Part shown: piece after piece, positions 47,501-60,779 of the stretch | How the letters are laid out: every line of letters starts with the position of its first letter | Position numbering within the stretch: the first letter of the stretch is position 1 | Assembly: GCA_043228905.1 (NCBI GenBank) | Contig: JBHGNT010000010.1 | Coordinates: 5,270,001 to 5,334,000 of the forward strand | Length of the DNA stretch: 64,000 nt | Reading direction: 5' to 3' | Source: Azolla caroliniana | Taxonomy: Eukaryota; Plantae; Polypodiophyta | Translations under genes and position numbers: made by a program | Notes under the pieces: model-generated | The model's input: the letters and a program-made list of their open reading frames with translations, nothing else | Told to the model about the DNA's origin: nothing | Database searches by the model: none

Positions 47501-50500
47501 ACACACACACAAAGAATATATATATTCCTAAAAGGGCAACAGTTACAACAATGAACAACCAACCTTTACAAAAGGTTACAAAGTCACTTTATATAGTGAC
47601 TCACTTAGGGCAATTGCCTTTTATGTTATTTACAGAAATAGCCCGAACTTCGGCTCTCTAAGAGGATAGTGTGAATACGTCCATTATACATTTGTATTCG
47701 ACACTCCCCCGTAATGGAAGTATACATGGGTTATCTAAAAAATACGGATGTAGGCATAGGTTCCCAGACAAGTCGGTTTTGTTCAAATCGGCATGATCCG
47801 TAGACAGAAGACCGAACTGGTCGGGTCGGAAAAGCTTAAGCCGATCGTCAGTGAACCGATGTCTGTTGTCCAAAACCGTCCTGCACTATGTCCGGCTTCA
47901 ACCGGACCGATATGTTGTTACGCTCATCTGTTGCCGAAGAGACCGGAACCGGTCTGCTGAAAGACACTTGGTCATTCCATCTGCGACATTATCGGTTGTG
48001 GATATCTTCTCTAAACCGATTTTCCCAGAAATGACGTAGTCCCGAACAAAGTGATATCGAACTTCGATATGCTTGGAGGCATTGTGATGAACCGGATTTT
48101 TCGACAAAGCAACAACACTCTGACTGTCGTTGTAGACAACTGGAGCCGAGTTGGAGTCGACTTGCCGAAATGTGTGCGCCAGCCGACCGAGCCATAAAGC
48201 TTCTTTCGTTGCGTCAGAGGCAGCTACATATTCTGCTTCGGTCATTGAGGTGGTTGTGCACTCTTGAAGTTTCGACTTCCACGAGATTGCTCCATTGCCG
48301 AATTTAAAGCAATATCCGGTTGTTGACTTGCGACTGTCCACACAGCCAACGAAGTCCGAGTCGGTGTAACCGACTACGCCTGAAGTTGAGTTCGGACCGA
48401 AAAGGATGTCGTGGTCTTTTGTTCTAGCTAAATATCTGAACACATGCTTGACTGCGTTCCAGTGCGATCGGCCGGGATTGTGCATAAATCTGCTGATGAC
48501 TCCTACGACATGAGAAATATCAGGTCGTGTCGCGACCATCGCGTACATCAGAGAGCCTACTGCCGGTGCATACGGTACCGACTTCATATTTTCCCCCTCC
48601 GGACCGGATGTCGGGCAGTCTCGCTGAGAAAGCCGAAGATGAATGGGGAGCGGGGTCGAAGCAGACTTGGCCGATTGCTTGTTGAAGCGTTCCAAGACAC
48701 GTCCGATGTAGTCGGTTTGAGACAGAAAAAGCTGTCTTTTGGCGCCATTCCAACTAATCTTCATTCCGAGTATGTGTCTTGCCGGACCGAGGTCCTTCAT
48801 GGCAAACTTCAATCGCAATTTCCGAACGAGTTCGGTGAGCTCTCCGGTATGCCGACCGGAGAGTAGCATGTCGTCCACGTAGATGATGAGGAAGACGGGA
48901 GAACCGTCTTGAGCTGTTTTGGTGAAGAGGCAGTGGTCCTCATCGCTCTTGGAGAAGCCGACCGACTGGATGAAATTGTCGAACTTCTTGTACCACTGTC
49001 GGGGTGCCTGTTTCAGGCCGTAAAGACTCTTCCTGAGTCGGCAGACTAGATGTTCCTGACCGGTGGCCACAAAGCCTTTCGGCTGCTCCATGTAGATTTC
49101 CTCCTTTAGATCACCGTGGAGGAATGCCGTTTTCACATGTAGCTGAATCAGCTCCAAATTGTCGGCAGCCACAACACTGAGCATAAAACGAAGGGTTGTC
49201 ATTTTCACCACTGGTGAAAAGATTTCGTCGAAATCGACGCCATATTCCTATCGAAATCCCTTCGCAAGTAATCTGGCCTTGTACTTTGGGGTGGTCGAGT
49301 CGGACGTCTCCTTTAGTCTATAGACCCACTTGGAAGGAAGAGCACGTCGATTCTTCGGTAAGTCGACCAGATCCCAAGTCTTGTTGGCGCGGATGGAGTG
49401 CATTTCCGACTCCATTGCCAGATGCCAGGTGGCTGAATCGGCAGCTGCCGATGCTTCTTCGTAGGACGTCGGTTCACCGGCGTCGATGAAGAAAATTCCG
49501 GGAGAGTACCTCTCCGGAGGTTGCGACAGTCTCTCGGATCTTCGAGGTATGACTGGACTGGTTGCACCGGGTGTCGATGTCGGATGGTCGGAAGCCGAGC
49601 CATTCAATTGTGCCGAATCTGTGGATTCGGTGCGAGAGAAGTCGGTTACCCGTGAAACTGATCTCATGTTGTGTGCTGGGCCGTCATGAAGGGTTGGCAC
49701 TTCGGAAAATATTACCCTTCGGACTTCAATAGGCCTTTAGGCCGTTTTGTGCATAGTCGACTCGTTGAACACGACATCCGAACTTTGGACGATTTGCCTG
49801 TGCTCGGGGTCCCAGAGTCGGTATCCGATCTCGCCGTCAGGTCCATACCCGAGCAAAACGCATTTCCTTGATCTCGGTTCGAGTTTTCGGCGGTCGTCTT
49901 TCGGTATGAGGGCGTATGCCTCGCAACCGAAAATCCTCAGCTTGTCATAATTCGGCTTTCTGCCGATCCATATTTCCTGAGGTATCTTAAGTCCTAGAGG
50001 TCTACTTGGCGACATATTGATTATGAGTACTGCCGTGAGTAGAGCCTCTGCCCAGAAGCCATCCGATAGTCCGGAGTGTTGGAGCATGGATACAACGCGT
50101 TCTTGAATCGTCTGATTCATGCGTTCTGTGATTCCGTTCTGCTCCAGACTATATGGTGCTGTATATTCACGTCTAATGCCGCGTTCTCGGCAAAATTTGA
50201 CGAATTCATCAGATTTGAACTCACCTCCATTGTCGGTTCGGAGACACTTCAGTTTCCGACCGGTCTGGTTTTCGACCATTGCGAGCCAATCTGAGAAGAT
50301 CGAGAACACCCGATCTTTGGTTCTGATGGGGTAAGCCCACCCCTTTCGAGTCGAGTCGTCAATGAAACTGACGAAGTACGAGGCACCACCGAGTGACTGA
50401 TGTGGCATCGGGCCACAGACATCCGAGTGGACCAAATCGAGTGGGCTCGACTCTCTTGGTGCTGATGTCGGGTGTGATGCGGCTACTTGTTTCCGTACTG

Positions 50501-50756
50501 GCAATGCTCGCAAAACTGATGGTCCGAGAAGGAGAGTTTCGGGATATATCCGGCTCTGGATAGGTGCGTGATGTCGGCCTTGCTGAGGTGTCCAAGTCGT
50601 CCATGCCATAAGGATGACACAGGGATATCTACCAGAAATAAGTCACCCTCTCTGAGTGTGACATACAAAGGGTACAATGAGTGTACCTTTGGTCCTCTAG
50701 CAAGCAGGAGGTTCCCTCTGTGGAGTGTCCACCCTCCTGATGAGAAACCAACACGG

Positions 50757-51190
50757 TGTCGTGAAGAATTTCGTCCAGAGGTGGAAACCGGGAAACATTG
50801 GCTACATCGGCGGGGTGCAGCATGTGTGCTCACCCTTGTACATTTAGTGTGAATAATGAGGGCGCCTTTATGGCGCCGAAGTGTAGTTAAGTTGGGATTT
50901 ATCCCACATTCTAACGCATCCCTCTCCTTGTTCTATAAAAGGAAGGGAGCGGCCTTTGCGAAAGGGTTGCCCATTTTGCGTTAGAGGGTATACCGTTAGA
51001 TTTAGGGTTAGCTTCTTCTTATTCTTCTTCTTCTACCCCCTTCGTGTTCGCTCAGGGTTTGCTTCAGCTCATCTCCTGCGCAAGACCCCGCTCAGCACGA
51101 CGAGCTCGTGAGGTCCCCGACCGGCGGCTTGGCAGCCGACGACTACTGTAACCTACCTTGGTCCGGCTCGACGCCGGGAATGTATTCTTC

Positions 51191-51222
<32 letters not shown>

Positions 51223-54200
51223 CGTTGCGTATTGGTATCGGGTGCTTCCCCTTTCCTGCGTTTCTTGTACATAAAGGCGTGAGTCGGGTCGGCATGTGTG
51301 TGTGTGCGTGTGTGTGCGTGAGTCGGTGTTAAGCGCGCGCTCCTCTCTTTCTCTCTCTCCCTTCGGTCGCTTCCGGTGTTCTTTTAGGATCTCCCCGGAA
51401 ATGGTGAAGCACGACTTCCTACGCTCCGTCGCTCCCTAGTCCAAGACCCCCGTGGTCCCGCCTTTCTCCACGCACGCGCGTAATGACGCGACATCTTTGG
51501 TGAACCCGACGTGAAAGGCGGCAAGGGAGGATGGAGTCAGAAGAAGACGACCTCGCGGTGATGGTGGCCGAAGTGGTGTTGGAGTCGGCACGAGTGGTGA
51601 TGAGACGAGAAGCAGCACAACAAGCGGTCGAGCGAGTGGTCGAAAGAGTCGGCCGTTTCAACGGGGACAAAGTCCCATCTTACTTGGAAGCCTACAATGC
51701 GGAAATGGAGGAGCGTGGCGTAGACGAGGCGTTGAGGCTGGAGTTCTTCTGTCGGGTCGTAGTTGTCCGGATGCATGCAGAAGTAAAGGAGCTCCGTGAG
51801 GCTCATAGTTCGTGGGAGGCCTTCGAAGAGGCGCTCCTGAAGGCATACGGAGGACAGCGGAAGAGCCAAGGAAGACACGACTTCGACCAGTGGGTAGCAT
51901 CGGCAAAGACCCACCGGGGCGCGACGAAGGCGTTTCGAGAGTTCGAGCGACGGCTTGCTCGGCTCCCGGAGCGGGAACAAGGTTTGGTGGGGACGAACAA
52001 GGTCCTATTGTTCGTCAGGTCGATCGATCGAGCGGAACGGGAGGCCATCGGGATTGAGCTCAAAGATGATGACGGAGCGAATGGGCTTACGGAGGACCGG
52101 TCGAAGGTCGGAAGGGTGTGCCTACGGCTAGACAATGAGCGAGCCGAGAAGGCTAAGAGGAAGGGGCGTGACGGCGTGCCATCACAGCGGGAAGAGGCCG
52201 GACAGCAAAGAGAGCCGGCAAGGGTCGGCGTTGGGGCCAGGATTGCGGAGGCGTACGCAGCTCTCGAGGCGATGCTCGAGGAAGAGGAAAGATCAAGGCC
52301 ACAAGCCGAGACTGAGGAGACGGACTTGCCCCACACGACGGCGGAAGATCAGTACCACGGTACCACGGGAGAGGGTGCAGAACAAAACGCCCTCTCAACT
52401 TGTGGAGATGGAACGACCAAGTACGAGGCCGAGATACAGATCGCGGAACCGGATAGTTGGGACCAGCGGTTTTGGGCGTGTCAGCCTGAAACCCCGGAAA
52501 TCGGAGAAGCAAGCCCAGGCGGGGCTTGCGCGATCGGTAAAAAGACGACCGCCGACCACAAAGGGTCGGTGGCTACAAACAAGGGCGTAAAACGGACGGG
52601 CGATTCTTTGTGTCTTCCCACACTTGCTCCCGAGACGATGGCAGTCGGGCCCGAGTGCCCACGTGAGTCCCAACCGGAGGAAGGTGGCGGCGAAGGACCA
52701 AGAATCACCGGCGAGACGATACGGGGAAGGAGCGGACGAGAGCCCACGGACCCGATTCCGGAGAACTTGGCGTTCGGGCCCGTATGCCCATGTAAGACCG
52801 AGGAGATGGATGGCGGCACCGAGGAGTCCTGGCACGATGCCAGCGAAGATGGATGGGGAACGGCTTGCGAGGAGACCGAGGACGGAAGCGGTACAAGAAG
52901 ATCGGCATTCCGATTCGGATGGAGCGTAATCCGATCGTGGATTGTTCGATCGGGGCCAGAATCGGCATAAAGGTGCCGATACGGGAGAGGGTGCGGGACG
53001 AGCCACCCTCTTTTACATGGGGAGAAAGACCGACCGGGCGAAGGTCGAGAATTCGAAGGAAGGTGATTAAAGGTTCGGGACGAGTCTGGCAAGGTCGGCA
53101 TCGGAGCCGAAACTCCGGACATTAGAGAATAAAGCTCAGGCGGGCTTGATTGATCACAGAGCGGATGCTATCCACCGACACCACTAAAAGGGGCGGTGAC
53201 CGGTACGAGAACCGGGCGGAGCGGACTCCCGGATGACCATTCCGGAAGGGAGGAAGAGAGTCGGCCTACGAAGAGGCCGAGGAGACGGTACGTCGGTACC
53301 ACGGGAGAGGGTGCGGAGAAAACCGCCCTCTCGACATGCGGAAAAGGACGGCCCGAGATAGGGTCAGGAAGACAAAGCGACGAACGCCCAAGGAGGATCC
53401 TTCACACCGGTTCTAGAGACTTGGGCAGTCGGCAACGCGGTCGACGTAAGACCAAGATATTGACAGTGGCAGCGAGGTGACGAAGGCAAAAGGGGTACGG
53501 ATGGGCGGTCTACGGAGATCCTCACACCGATCCGGCGGTCGGCCCGAGAGCCGGCGTGAGTCCTATACGGAAGATCGGTGGCGGCAGGAGAACGTGATCG
53601 GATGGCAGGAGGCGACGAACGGCAAGGAGGTATCAGGCCGGCGAGGCGGCTACGAACCGAATCTGACCTTCCGGCAAGGTCAGTAGGCGAAAGGAAGTCC
53701 GGTCCTACGGGATCCCCACACTTAACCAGAGATTCCGGCAGTTCGGCCAACGTGGAAACATGAGACCGAGAGAGAAGGTTGGTGGTGGCGGGAAACGGGA
53801 CCCGACTACGCGGAAGACACGAGGAGAGTTCGGGAGGGACTCAAACAAAAGACACCCGAATTTCGGCAAGCATGGAAACGGAGTCCAGTCTTATGGGACC
53901 CTCACACCGATCCGGAGACTCCGACAGTTCGACCAACGTGGCAACGTGAGACCGAGAGAGAAGGTTGGTGGCGGCAGGGAACGAGACCAATGACACGAGG
54001 TAGCGGATCGAGAGTCGGTAAGACGGGGCAGACGAAGTGCGAAACCCTCACCGGCCGGTTACGGTTTCGGAAGTAGCTGGTAGGGGCAAACACAAGGAGG
54101 TGTGTCGGGCCGGAAAGGCACACCTAGGACGGAGTAAGAGTCTCACCAGTGGCCATCGCGGGCCGGATCAAAGCGTGACTACGGGACGACGTTCGATGCA

Positions 54201-55508
54201 GGCGGTGCCGAACAAAGGAATCGGAAGACGGCACAAGGGAGGTGTCGGGAACGAGGTGACGGGTACCTAGTGGACTGCACAGGGTCGGAGTCAGGGGATG
54301 GCAAGAGAGGCCGGAGGAGGATCCTCCACACTCACTTCGTAGATCTCGGTAGCTCCGTCGAAGTAGCGAAGACTGACACGGCAAGCCCGGGGTGACAAGC
54401 TGGTGGGGGCGAGGGGACGACGGCAAGCGGAAGACTCGGGACCTTTTGCAGTAGCACGAAGACGGGAAGGGCCAAGCGGGGTGTTCCTCGGGTGCGGAGG
54501 ACACCAGTATGCGGGTGAGTGGTGATGCGCGATCTGGCCGGGAAACGGGCCGACAAGGCATGCAATGAACTAGAGTACGGCACAGCCAGTGCCAAACAAC
54601 GGACGAGTGAATGTGGCACACGGAGGTGCCGGAGCAGAAAGGCGAGCACGGAGATGGGTTGCGCGGTTCGGAGGTAGCGCGTAGAAGACCGAGGAGGATC
54701 CTCCACACCGTTCCGGAGACCATGGCGGTTCGAGCCGACGCGACGATGTAAGACCATGGAGAAGGAAGGTGGCGGCGAGAGGACGAAGGCAATGCGAAAC
54801 AACATGGGACGACAATCAGGACAACACGAATGCTCAACGGAGGACATCAGGCATACGGCGGGGAGCGGGGCGTGCATACGGCCGAACAAGGGCCAGCGGA
54901 AGTACGCATACTACGGAGATCGCGGTGGAAGACCCATCGACAAGTCGAACGAGCGAACGGGGAGGTAAGCGCGAAGGAAGAACCGAAGCTGACGGATCAA
55001 ACCGGCAACGAGCCGGGATGCAGATTACGGAAGACCGGTTTCTCACCGGCCGAAATCTCTCACCCTTCACCAGAATTGGCACGTACCGGTGGAGACCCCG
55101 CTCGGCGCGACGAGCCCGTGAGGTCCCCGACCGGCGGCTTGGCAGCCGACGACTGCTGTAACCTACCTTGGTCCGGTTCGACGCCGGGAATGTATTCTTC
55201 CTTTTATATATATATATATACGTTGCGTCTGTCTGTGTATATTCGCGTCTCCGTTGGTGTCGGGTGCTTCCCCTTTCCTGCGTTTCCTGTACATAAGGGC
55301 GTGAGTCGGGTCAGCATGTGTGTGTGTGTGCGTGAGTCGGTGTTAAGCGCGCGCTCCCTCTCTTTCTCTCTCTCCCTTCAGTCGCTTCCGGTGTTCTTCT
55401 GGGATCTCCCCGGAAACGGTGAAGCACGACTTCCTACGCTCCGTCGCTCCCTAGTCCAAGACCCCCGTGGTCCCGCCTTTCTCCACGCACGCGCGTAATG
55501 ACGCGACA
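50757..55508 (+). mobile_element. Non-autonomous gag-only LTR element (TR-GAG-like) nested in the copia
   Basis: 5' LTR 50757-51493, tRNA-Trp PBS 51498-51514, 5'-truncated 3' LTR ~55093-55508, duplicated (CA)CGG target; no PR/RT/INT motifs inside. Confidence 0.88.
51531..52970 (+). CDS. Gag-like protein with a long acidic low-complexity tail
   Basis: N-terminal ~200 aa align with gag 43135-42299 (VGRFNGDKVPSYLEAYNAEM vs IGRFSGKDATSYLASYRAEM; KVLLFVRSID vs RVLLFVKSVD). Confidence 0.8.
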   Translation: MESEEDDLAVMVAEVVLESARVVMRREAAQQAVERVVERVGRFNGDKVPSYLEAYNAEMEERGVDEALRLEFFCRVVVVRMHAEVKELREAHSSWEAFEEALLKAYGGQRKSQGRHDFDQWVASAKTHRGATKAFREFERRLARLPEREQGLVGTNKVLLFVRSIDRAEREAIGIELKDDDGANGLTEDRSKVGRVCLRLDNERAEKAKRKGRDGVPSQREEAGQQREPARVGVGARIAEAYAALEAMLEEEERSRPQAETEETDLPHTTAEDQYHGTTGEGAEQNALSTCGDGTTKYEAEIQIAEPDSWDQRFWACQPETPEIGEASPGGACAIGKKTTADHKGSVATNKGVKRTGDSLCLPTLAPETMAVGPECPRESQPEEGGGEGPRITGETIRGRSGREPTDPIPENLAFGPVCPCKTEEMDGGTEESWHDASEDGWGTACEETEDGSGTRRSAFRFGWSVIRSWIVRSGPESA

Positions 55509-58500
55509 CGGATGCCAGCTTCATCAAGTTGTCCAACTGAGATCAAGGGTCGTGAGAGCTCAGGAACGTGTCGGACGTTGTGTAGTACGAGTGTAGAGCC
55601 ACCCGGAAGGTTGAGCTCTACGGTGCCGATTTCGATGATAGCACAGTGTTGCGAATTTCCGACTCGAACTGAGTCGGAGTGCCGGTCCGAATATTGCCGA
55701 AACTGTGATCAGTGAGGTGTCACATGATACGACGGGCCCGAGTTTAGAATCCATGTGCTCGATTCCTCAGTCGTGAGCAGAACTTCTGATTCGACTGGAT
55801 TCTCTATGGACAATATGTTCGGGTCGGTCGTCAATATCTCGACTGAAGATCCGACGTAGTTGACTTCCTCATGTCGGTTACTCCTCTGATCAGCTCTCTG
55901 AGCTTTGTCTGTCTTTGACTTGAGTGCCCGACAGTCGGCCTTGATGTGTCCCGGTTTCTTGCTGTAGTTGCAAATTCAGGTTTCCCGGGACTTGTTGCAG
56001 CTTCGCTGATTTGTCGGCGGTCGGGAAGAACTTCTTCCCCGGTTGTTCGATCGGTCGGTCGAACCTTGTACTACATAGGCTTCTTTTGCCGAGTCTTTGG
56101 TGAAAGACTTTCTCCGAGCTGCTTTAGTCAGGATTGCACTTGTGACTTCGGAGTACTTGATGGCAGTCGTAGAAGCGTTGCACACAGTTGTAACGAAGGT
56201 TTCCCAAGAGGAGGGGAGACTGCTCATGAGTATCATTGCTCTGAGTTCATCCTCGATTGTTGTCCCCTGTGACGAGATTTGGGAGCTCAAACTTTCGTAC
56301 TCGTTAAGGTGTGCCTGTACCGAATCGGAGTCTTTCATCCGCAAGTTGTAGAGGCGCCGGATCAAATACATCTTCGTTGAGGCGACCTTCTTTTCGTAGG
56401 TTTCCGACAGCTTCTTCCAAAGTTCGAAGGCTGTCGTGCACGATTGCACTGTGAAGTACACTGACTCCGACAGGTGCATCCAAATCGTGGCGCGGACGAT
56501 TCTGTCCAGCTTCTGCCACTCATTTGCCTTGTATATTTCTGGAGCAATTTCATTCTCAATCGGATCGATTTGACCCTTGACTATAAGATAGTCCTGCATT
56601 TGCTCCTTCCAAAAATTGAAGTTCGAACCGTCGAACCTCCTTAGACTCATTTCCGATGAGCCGGATGTTGATGCCATCAGATTCGGTTTTGGTTGACGAA
56701 GCTCGGTTCGGAATTGACTACGAACTTTGTTGGAGTGTAGTCGGTCGGCTCACCCGATATCGTTCTAGTCGGATTTGAACCCGAGTCGGTTCGGTTTTGG
56801 ATATATGTATTATTGAACTTGCTCGAATTGACTCCGGTAACTTGAGGGACAGAACCGACTGGTCTTCCCGAATGTTGCCGAGTCGAAGTGAGCCCGGTTC
56901 GCTTCCGGATATATATGCCAAATACCGATTATTGAAACCGATTGTCTGGACTGATTTTGCTTCGGGTGACTGCAACGACGAGAGAGACGGATCCAATTGA
57001 TCCTCCAAAATGTCGATCAACCAGATGAAGTACGAATTAGGGTTGTTGTCTTGAAACCGATCTGCACCGAGTGGTTACAACGGGCGGCGAGCAGCGTTCG
57101 GTGACCTGTTCGGATGCCGTTTAACCGAGTGGAGCACGATCATGTCAATGTTGCACAAGGGGATTTCACCTCGAGCGGTTACGATCACGAGGAACAGAAT
57201 ACAGCCGGTTGGCTTTCTCCAAGCAAAGATGATCTAACGCGATGAGATGCAAGCCTCGTTTTTCTTCTTCTCTCTTCTAGGTTTCTTCAAATACAAAACA
57301 GATAAAAAACATAATGTTGTGATCCAAAGATTCGAATGGAGGCCGACTGCGGGATGAAGGACATCCAAGCTCTGATACCAAATGTAGGGAATGAACAAGG
57401 CCGTCAGTGCAGAAGAGATCACACAGTATGAATCTGTGAGGAAGAAATACCTGCGTATGAGAGAAGAAAGAAGAAAATACGCACACAGAGAGAGAGACAC
57501 ACACACAAAGAATATATATATTCATAAAAGGGCAACAGTTACAACAATGAACAACCAACCTTTACAAAAGGTTACAAAGTCACTTTATATAGTGACTCAC
57601 TTAGGGCAATTGCCCTTTATGTTATTTACAGAAATAGCCCGAACTTGGGCTCTCTAAGTGGATAGTGTGAATACGTCCATTATACATTTGTATTCGACAC
57701 TAACCCCTTCATGTCCTCATGAGCCCATGCGAACACATCTTTATATTCCGTGAGTAGTGCGATCATTGTGGTTCTCTGGTCCGGCCTCAATTCCTTTGCT
57801 ATGGAGAGGAACCGGGGTTCCGATCCCGTACCCACATTCACTTCGTCGAGAGCGGAAGCGGTGACCCGTTGTGAAATCTCCATTTCCCTTACGAAGGCCG
57901 CCCGTGCTCTGCTGAGTTCCAATATGGACTCTGGGTTTGGTTTGTACAGCTCTTCGCTTGGAACAATGGCCGTAGTATATTTTGCCGCAGTTGCGATGAC
58001 ATCTATCTCGAACAGCGGAATAATCCGAGGATGTTCGTCAAGGTACGCTTCCAATTCGGCATCCTCCACCCCAGCCAACATATTGATGTCTTCTGCATAC
58101 AACGGTGTTATCCCCTTAGGTTGGGGCGTGTTGCCTTCCGTAGGAACACGAACCTTGATGCGTCCCTGCTGGAAACTGATACACTCGTGTTGCCAGCTCT
58201 GCTTGATATTTGTTGTCCGAAGCCATGGTCTACCCAGAAGCACTGGATACGCTCCTGGCGCGTCCAAAGCGAGGACGACCGCCGATATGTCGAAGCGGTG
58301 TCCGCCCACGATGATGCCTATTTTGCGAATTAGCCCCAACGGTCGCACTGATCGGGTATCTGCCATGCGAAGCCAGAATGGACACGCCTCCCATTCGGAA
58401 ATGCCCAACTGTTCGCAAGTTTTCGCGCTAATCACATTGACGCCCGAGCCGCCGTCGATTACACATCCAGGGACTTCCTGCCCGTGCAATATTACTGTAA

Positions 58501-60779
58501 TGGCCGAGTTGTGTTGATCCACCACTGGTGGTCCCTCGCTGACGTCAGTGAGGTTTGTGGCAATGCTCGCCCCGGTCATGCCCGCCACCTGTGCTTCCAT
58601 GGTCTGGCGGAAACGTGGAACTAGTTGTAGCGTGATTTCACAGCCCGCTAACACCTGCCAAATGGGGTCCGGCCCCGGTTTTTCGTTCTTTTTTCGCTTC
58701 ATTGCGTTTGTGGACTCCTGCCTCATACGTTCCGTATTGGTCGCGTTTTCTTTTTCCACCCAGGCTTGGGCTTGTCATCGTACCTCGTCCTGCGCAGCCC
58801 AATCCGCCGTTTTCGTTTGCTGACGTGTCGTGACTTGTTGCACCTCCGCCGTAATCGTGTTGACGGCGGGCCCCTTTCCCTTGCGTGCTGGGCATTGTGT
58901 GGCATAATGTCCGGGTTGCTGACAAATAAAACAATGGATGCTTGATTCTCCCTTCTCAGCCCCAAGTGGAGTGTGCCGTTCTCCGGGCGCTACTTGCTCT
59001 TCGCGGTGGCTGTTGTTGATCCCGTCATTGTTCCTGGTGCCGCTCATCCCCTGAGCTTTCGTCGTAACACCGGTGATCCCTATATTGTCGAGGCTTACCC
59101 CGATAGCCATTGAAGCCGCCCCGTTTGTTTGTCGGGCGTTGATGTTCGTATCGCCGACCCCCTTTGGCGTAACTCAGATGTCCACGATAATCCTCGTCCT
59201 CCGGGTCCTCCTCCTCAGACTCGTTGTGATTCCGGCGATTCCGGTTGTACCTGTCCTCCCGCGGGTTGCGATCCTTACACCGGGGTCGGTCTTCTTGCCT
59301 CCTTTGTTCCGCCCGATGTGGTTGCCGTTGTGTGTCCATGCTGTAGACCGCGAGCGTGGCTCTGTTTAACATATTGTACTCGCATTGGTCGATTATGTGG
59401 ACCTTCGAGTGGCAGATTGGGTAGTGGATTCGCATATTGCACTCCACCGCGGAATGCCCCGAGTTCAAGCAAATCGTGCACTGGATTGCCTGACGAAACT
59501 GGCGTTCCTCATCCTGAGGTAACGCTTGTCGTAAGGATGACATCAAAAACCTCTCCTCCTCGTCATCCAATTCGAGCTGTAACGCGCGTTCAATCACCAT
59601 ATCCGTCGTTTCCCCTTTCACGCTATTGCTGTTGAGTGTTGCCCGGATGGGCCGGCGTAACGCTGCCAGAAATGTCTCCCGAGCCTCCTCCTCCACCGGG
59701 CTTCGATCCAATTTCCGTCGTAAATTTTGGAACCGTAAGCTGAAGTCTGCTATCGTCTCGGTCGGTAGTTGCTTAATTGTATAAAGCTGCCCGAGAATCT
59801 CGTGTTGAGGAACCCTCCGGTGGAAAAAACGCAAGAAGGCGGACTGCAGCTGATCGAAGGTTGTTATGGCTGGTAAATCCATCTGTGAATGCCAGAACGC
59901 CGCACGCCCATCTAATGTTAATCCGAACTCCGTCATTTTCGACTGATGTGCCACCGTCTCGGAAAGGTTCTGTGCCATGTGGTTCGCATTCCAAACGTTC
60001 AAGAACATGCGAATATGAGTTGCGGCGTCGGTTTCGCCGTTAAAGCGGGGGTAGGCAAAGGCCATCGTGGGAGCTACGGCGGATCGAAAAAGGTCACCAG
60101 GTGGTTGCGGTAAGTGTGGTCCCCTCGCCTCGTCGAGGTATTTGGGGAGCAAGGAATCCCCTTTGCACTCCTGGCAGGTATTACTGGGGTCGCCGATGCG
60201 TGGCTTTTGCCGGGCGCGTTCTTCTGCCTGGCGTGTGACGGACCTTGTTATTGGCCGGTCTTGTCTTGTTGGTTCTCTAGGTCGTCTGCAGCTAAACATC
60301 CATTCGTTGTTGCTCGTCTGTGAGGAAACACAGATCACCAAGCGTGCCAAAAGTGTTGCCTCTTAGGAACACGGTCCGTGGTCAGTCCTTCGACCTAGAC
60401 CCCAAGGTGGGTGGGAACAACGAACAGAGCTTAAGCGTACTACGTAAGGAGAGAACCTTTGTGATTCCTCCGTGTGTAAGGGGAGACGGCTACAACCGAC
60501 TCCTTATCACAGGTTGCGCTTACGTACTACTATGCTTACGTATCCGAGACACAGACACTGAATTAGTCGTAGCTATACACAGAAACTCAGAGAAGATGGT
60601 ATTCTATTATCAGGCGTTCTTTTACATTTCCCCAAAATTTACACGCACCTCCTTAAGAGGTTTTCTGCCCTTTATATATGCAGGGTCTAATTAGCCGTTC
60701 ACGCTTCCCCGCGTGAACCGTTACATACGTTATGCTTTATATAGTTTCTTATTCCTACGCTTTTGGCCGTCGGTTACTA

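Larger units (their letters stand above)
47383..57699 (-). mobile_element. Full-length Ty1/copia element nested in the gypsy pol
   Basis: LTRs 47383-47703 and 57383-57699, TSD CTAAC, PBS tggtatcagagc (57380-57369), PPT; gag FDGSNFNFWK, INT, RT IYVDDML, RNase H. Confidence 0.96.
43785..60779 (-). mobile_element. Athila/Tat-type non-chromovirus gypsy element (5' LTR ~60354-60779), interrupted by a nested copia; 3' end lost
   Basis: PBS TGGCACGC.. (tRNA-Arg-like, ~60349), gag with CFICQQPGHYATQC, PR VIDGGSGVN, RT FLDGFSGYNQ / FLDD, RNase H, INT WGLDFVGP / SDQGSHF, extra 3' ORF. The frame KGL|DPKFYQHKI rejoins across the nested insert. Confidence 0.9.

Noticed and set aside
51537-55715. Many overlapping ORFs on both strands
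   Set aside because: GC-rich, stop-poor sequence; only 51531-52970 has homology support.
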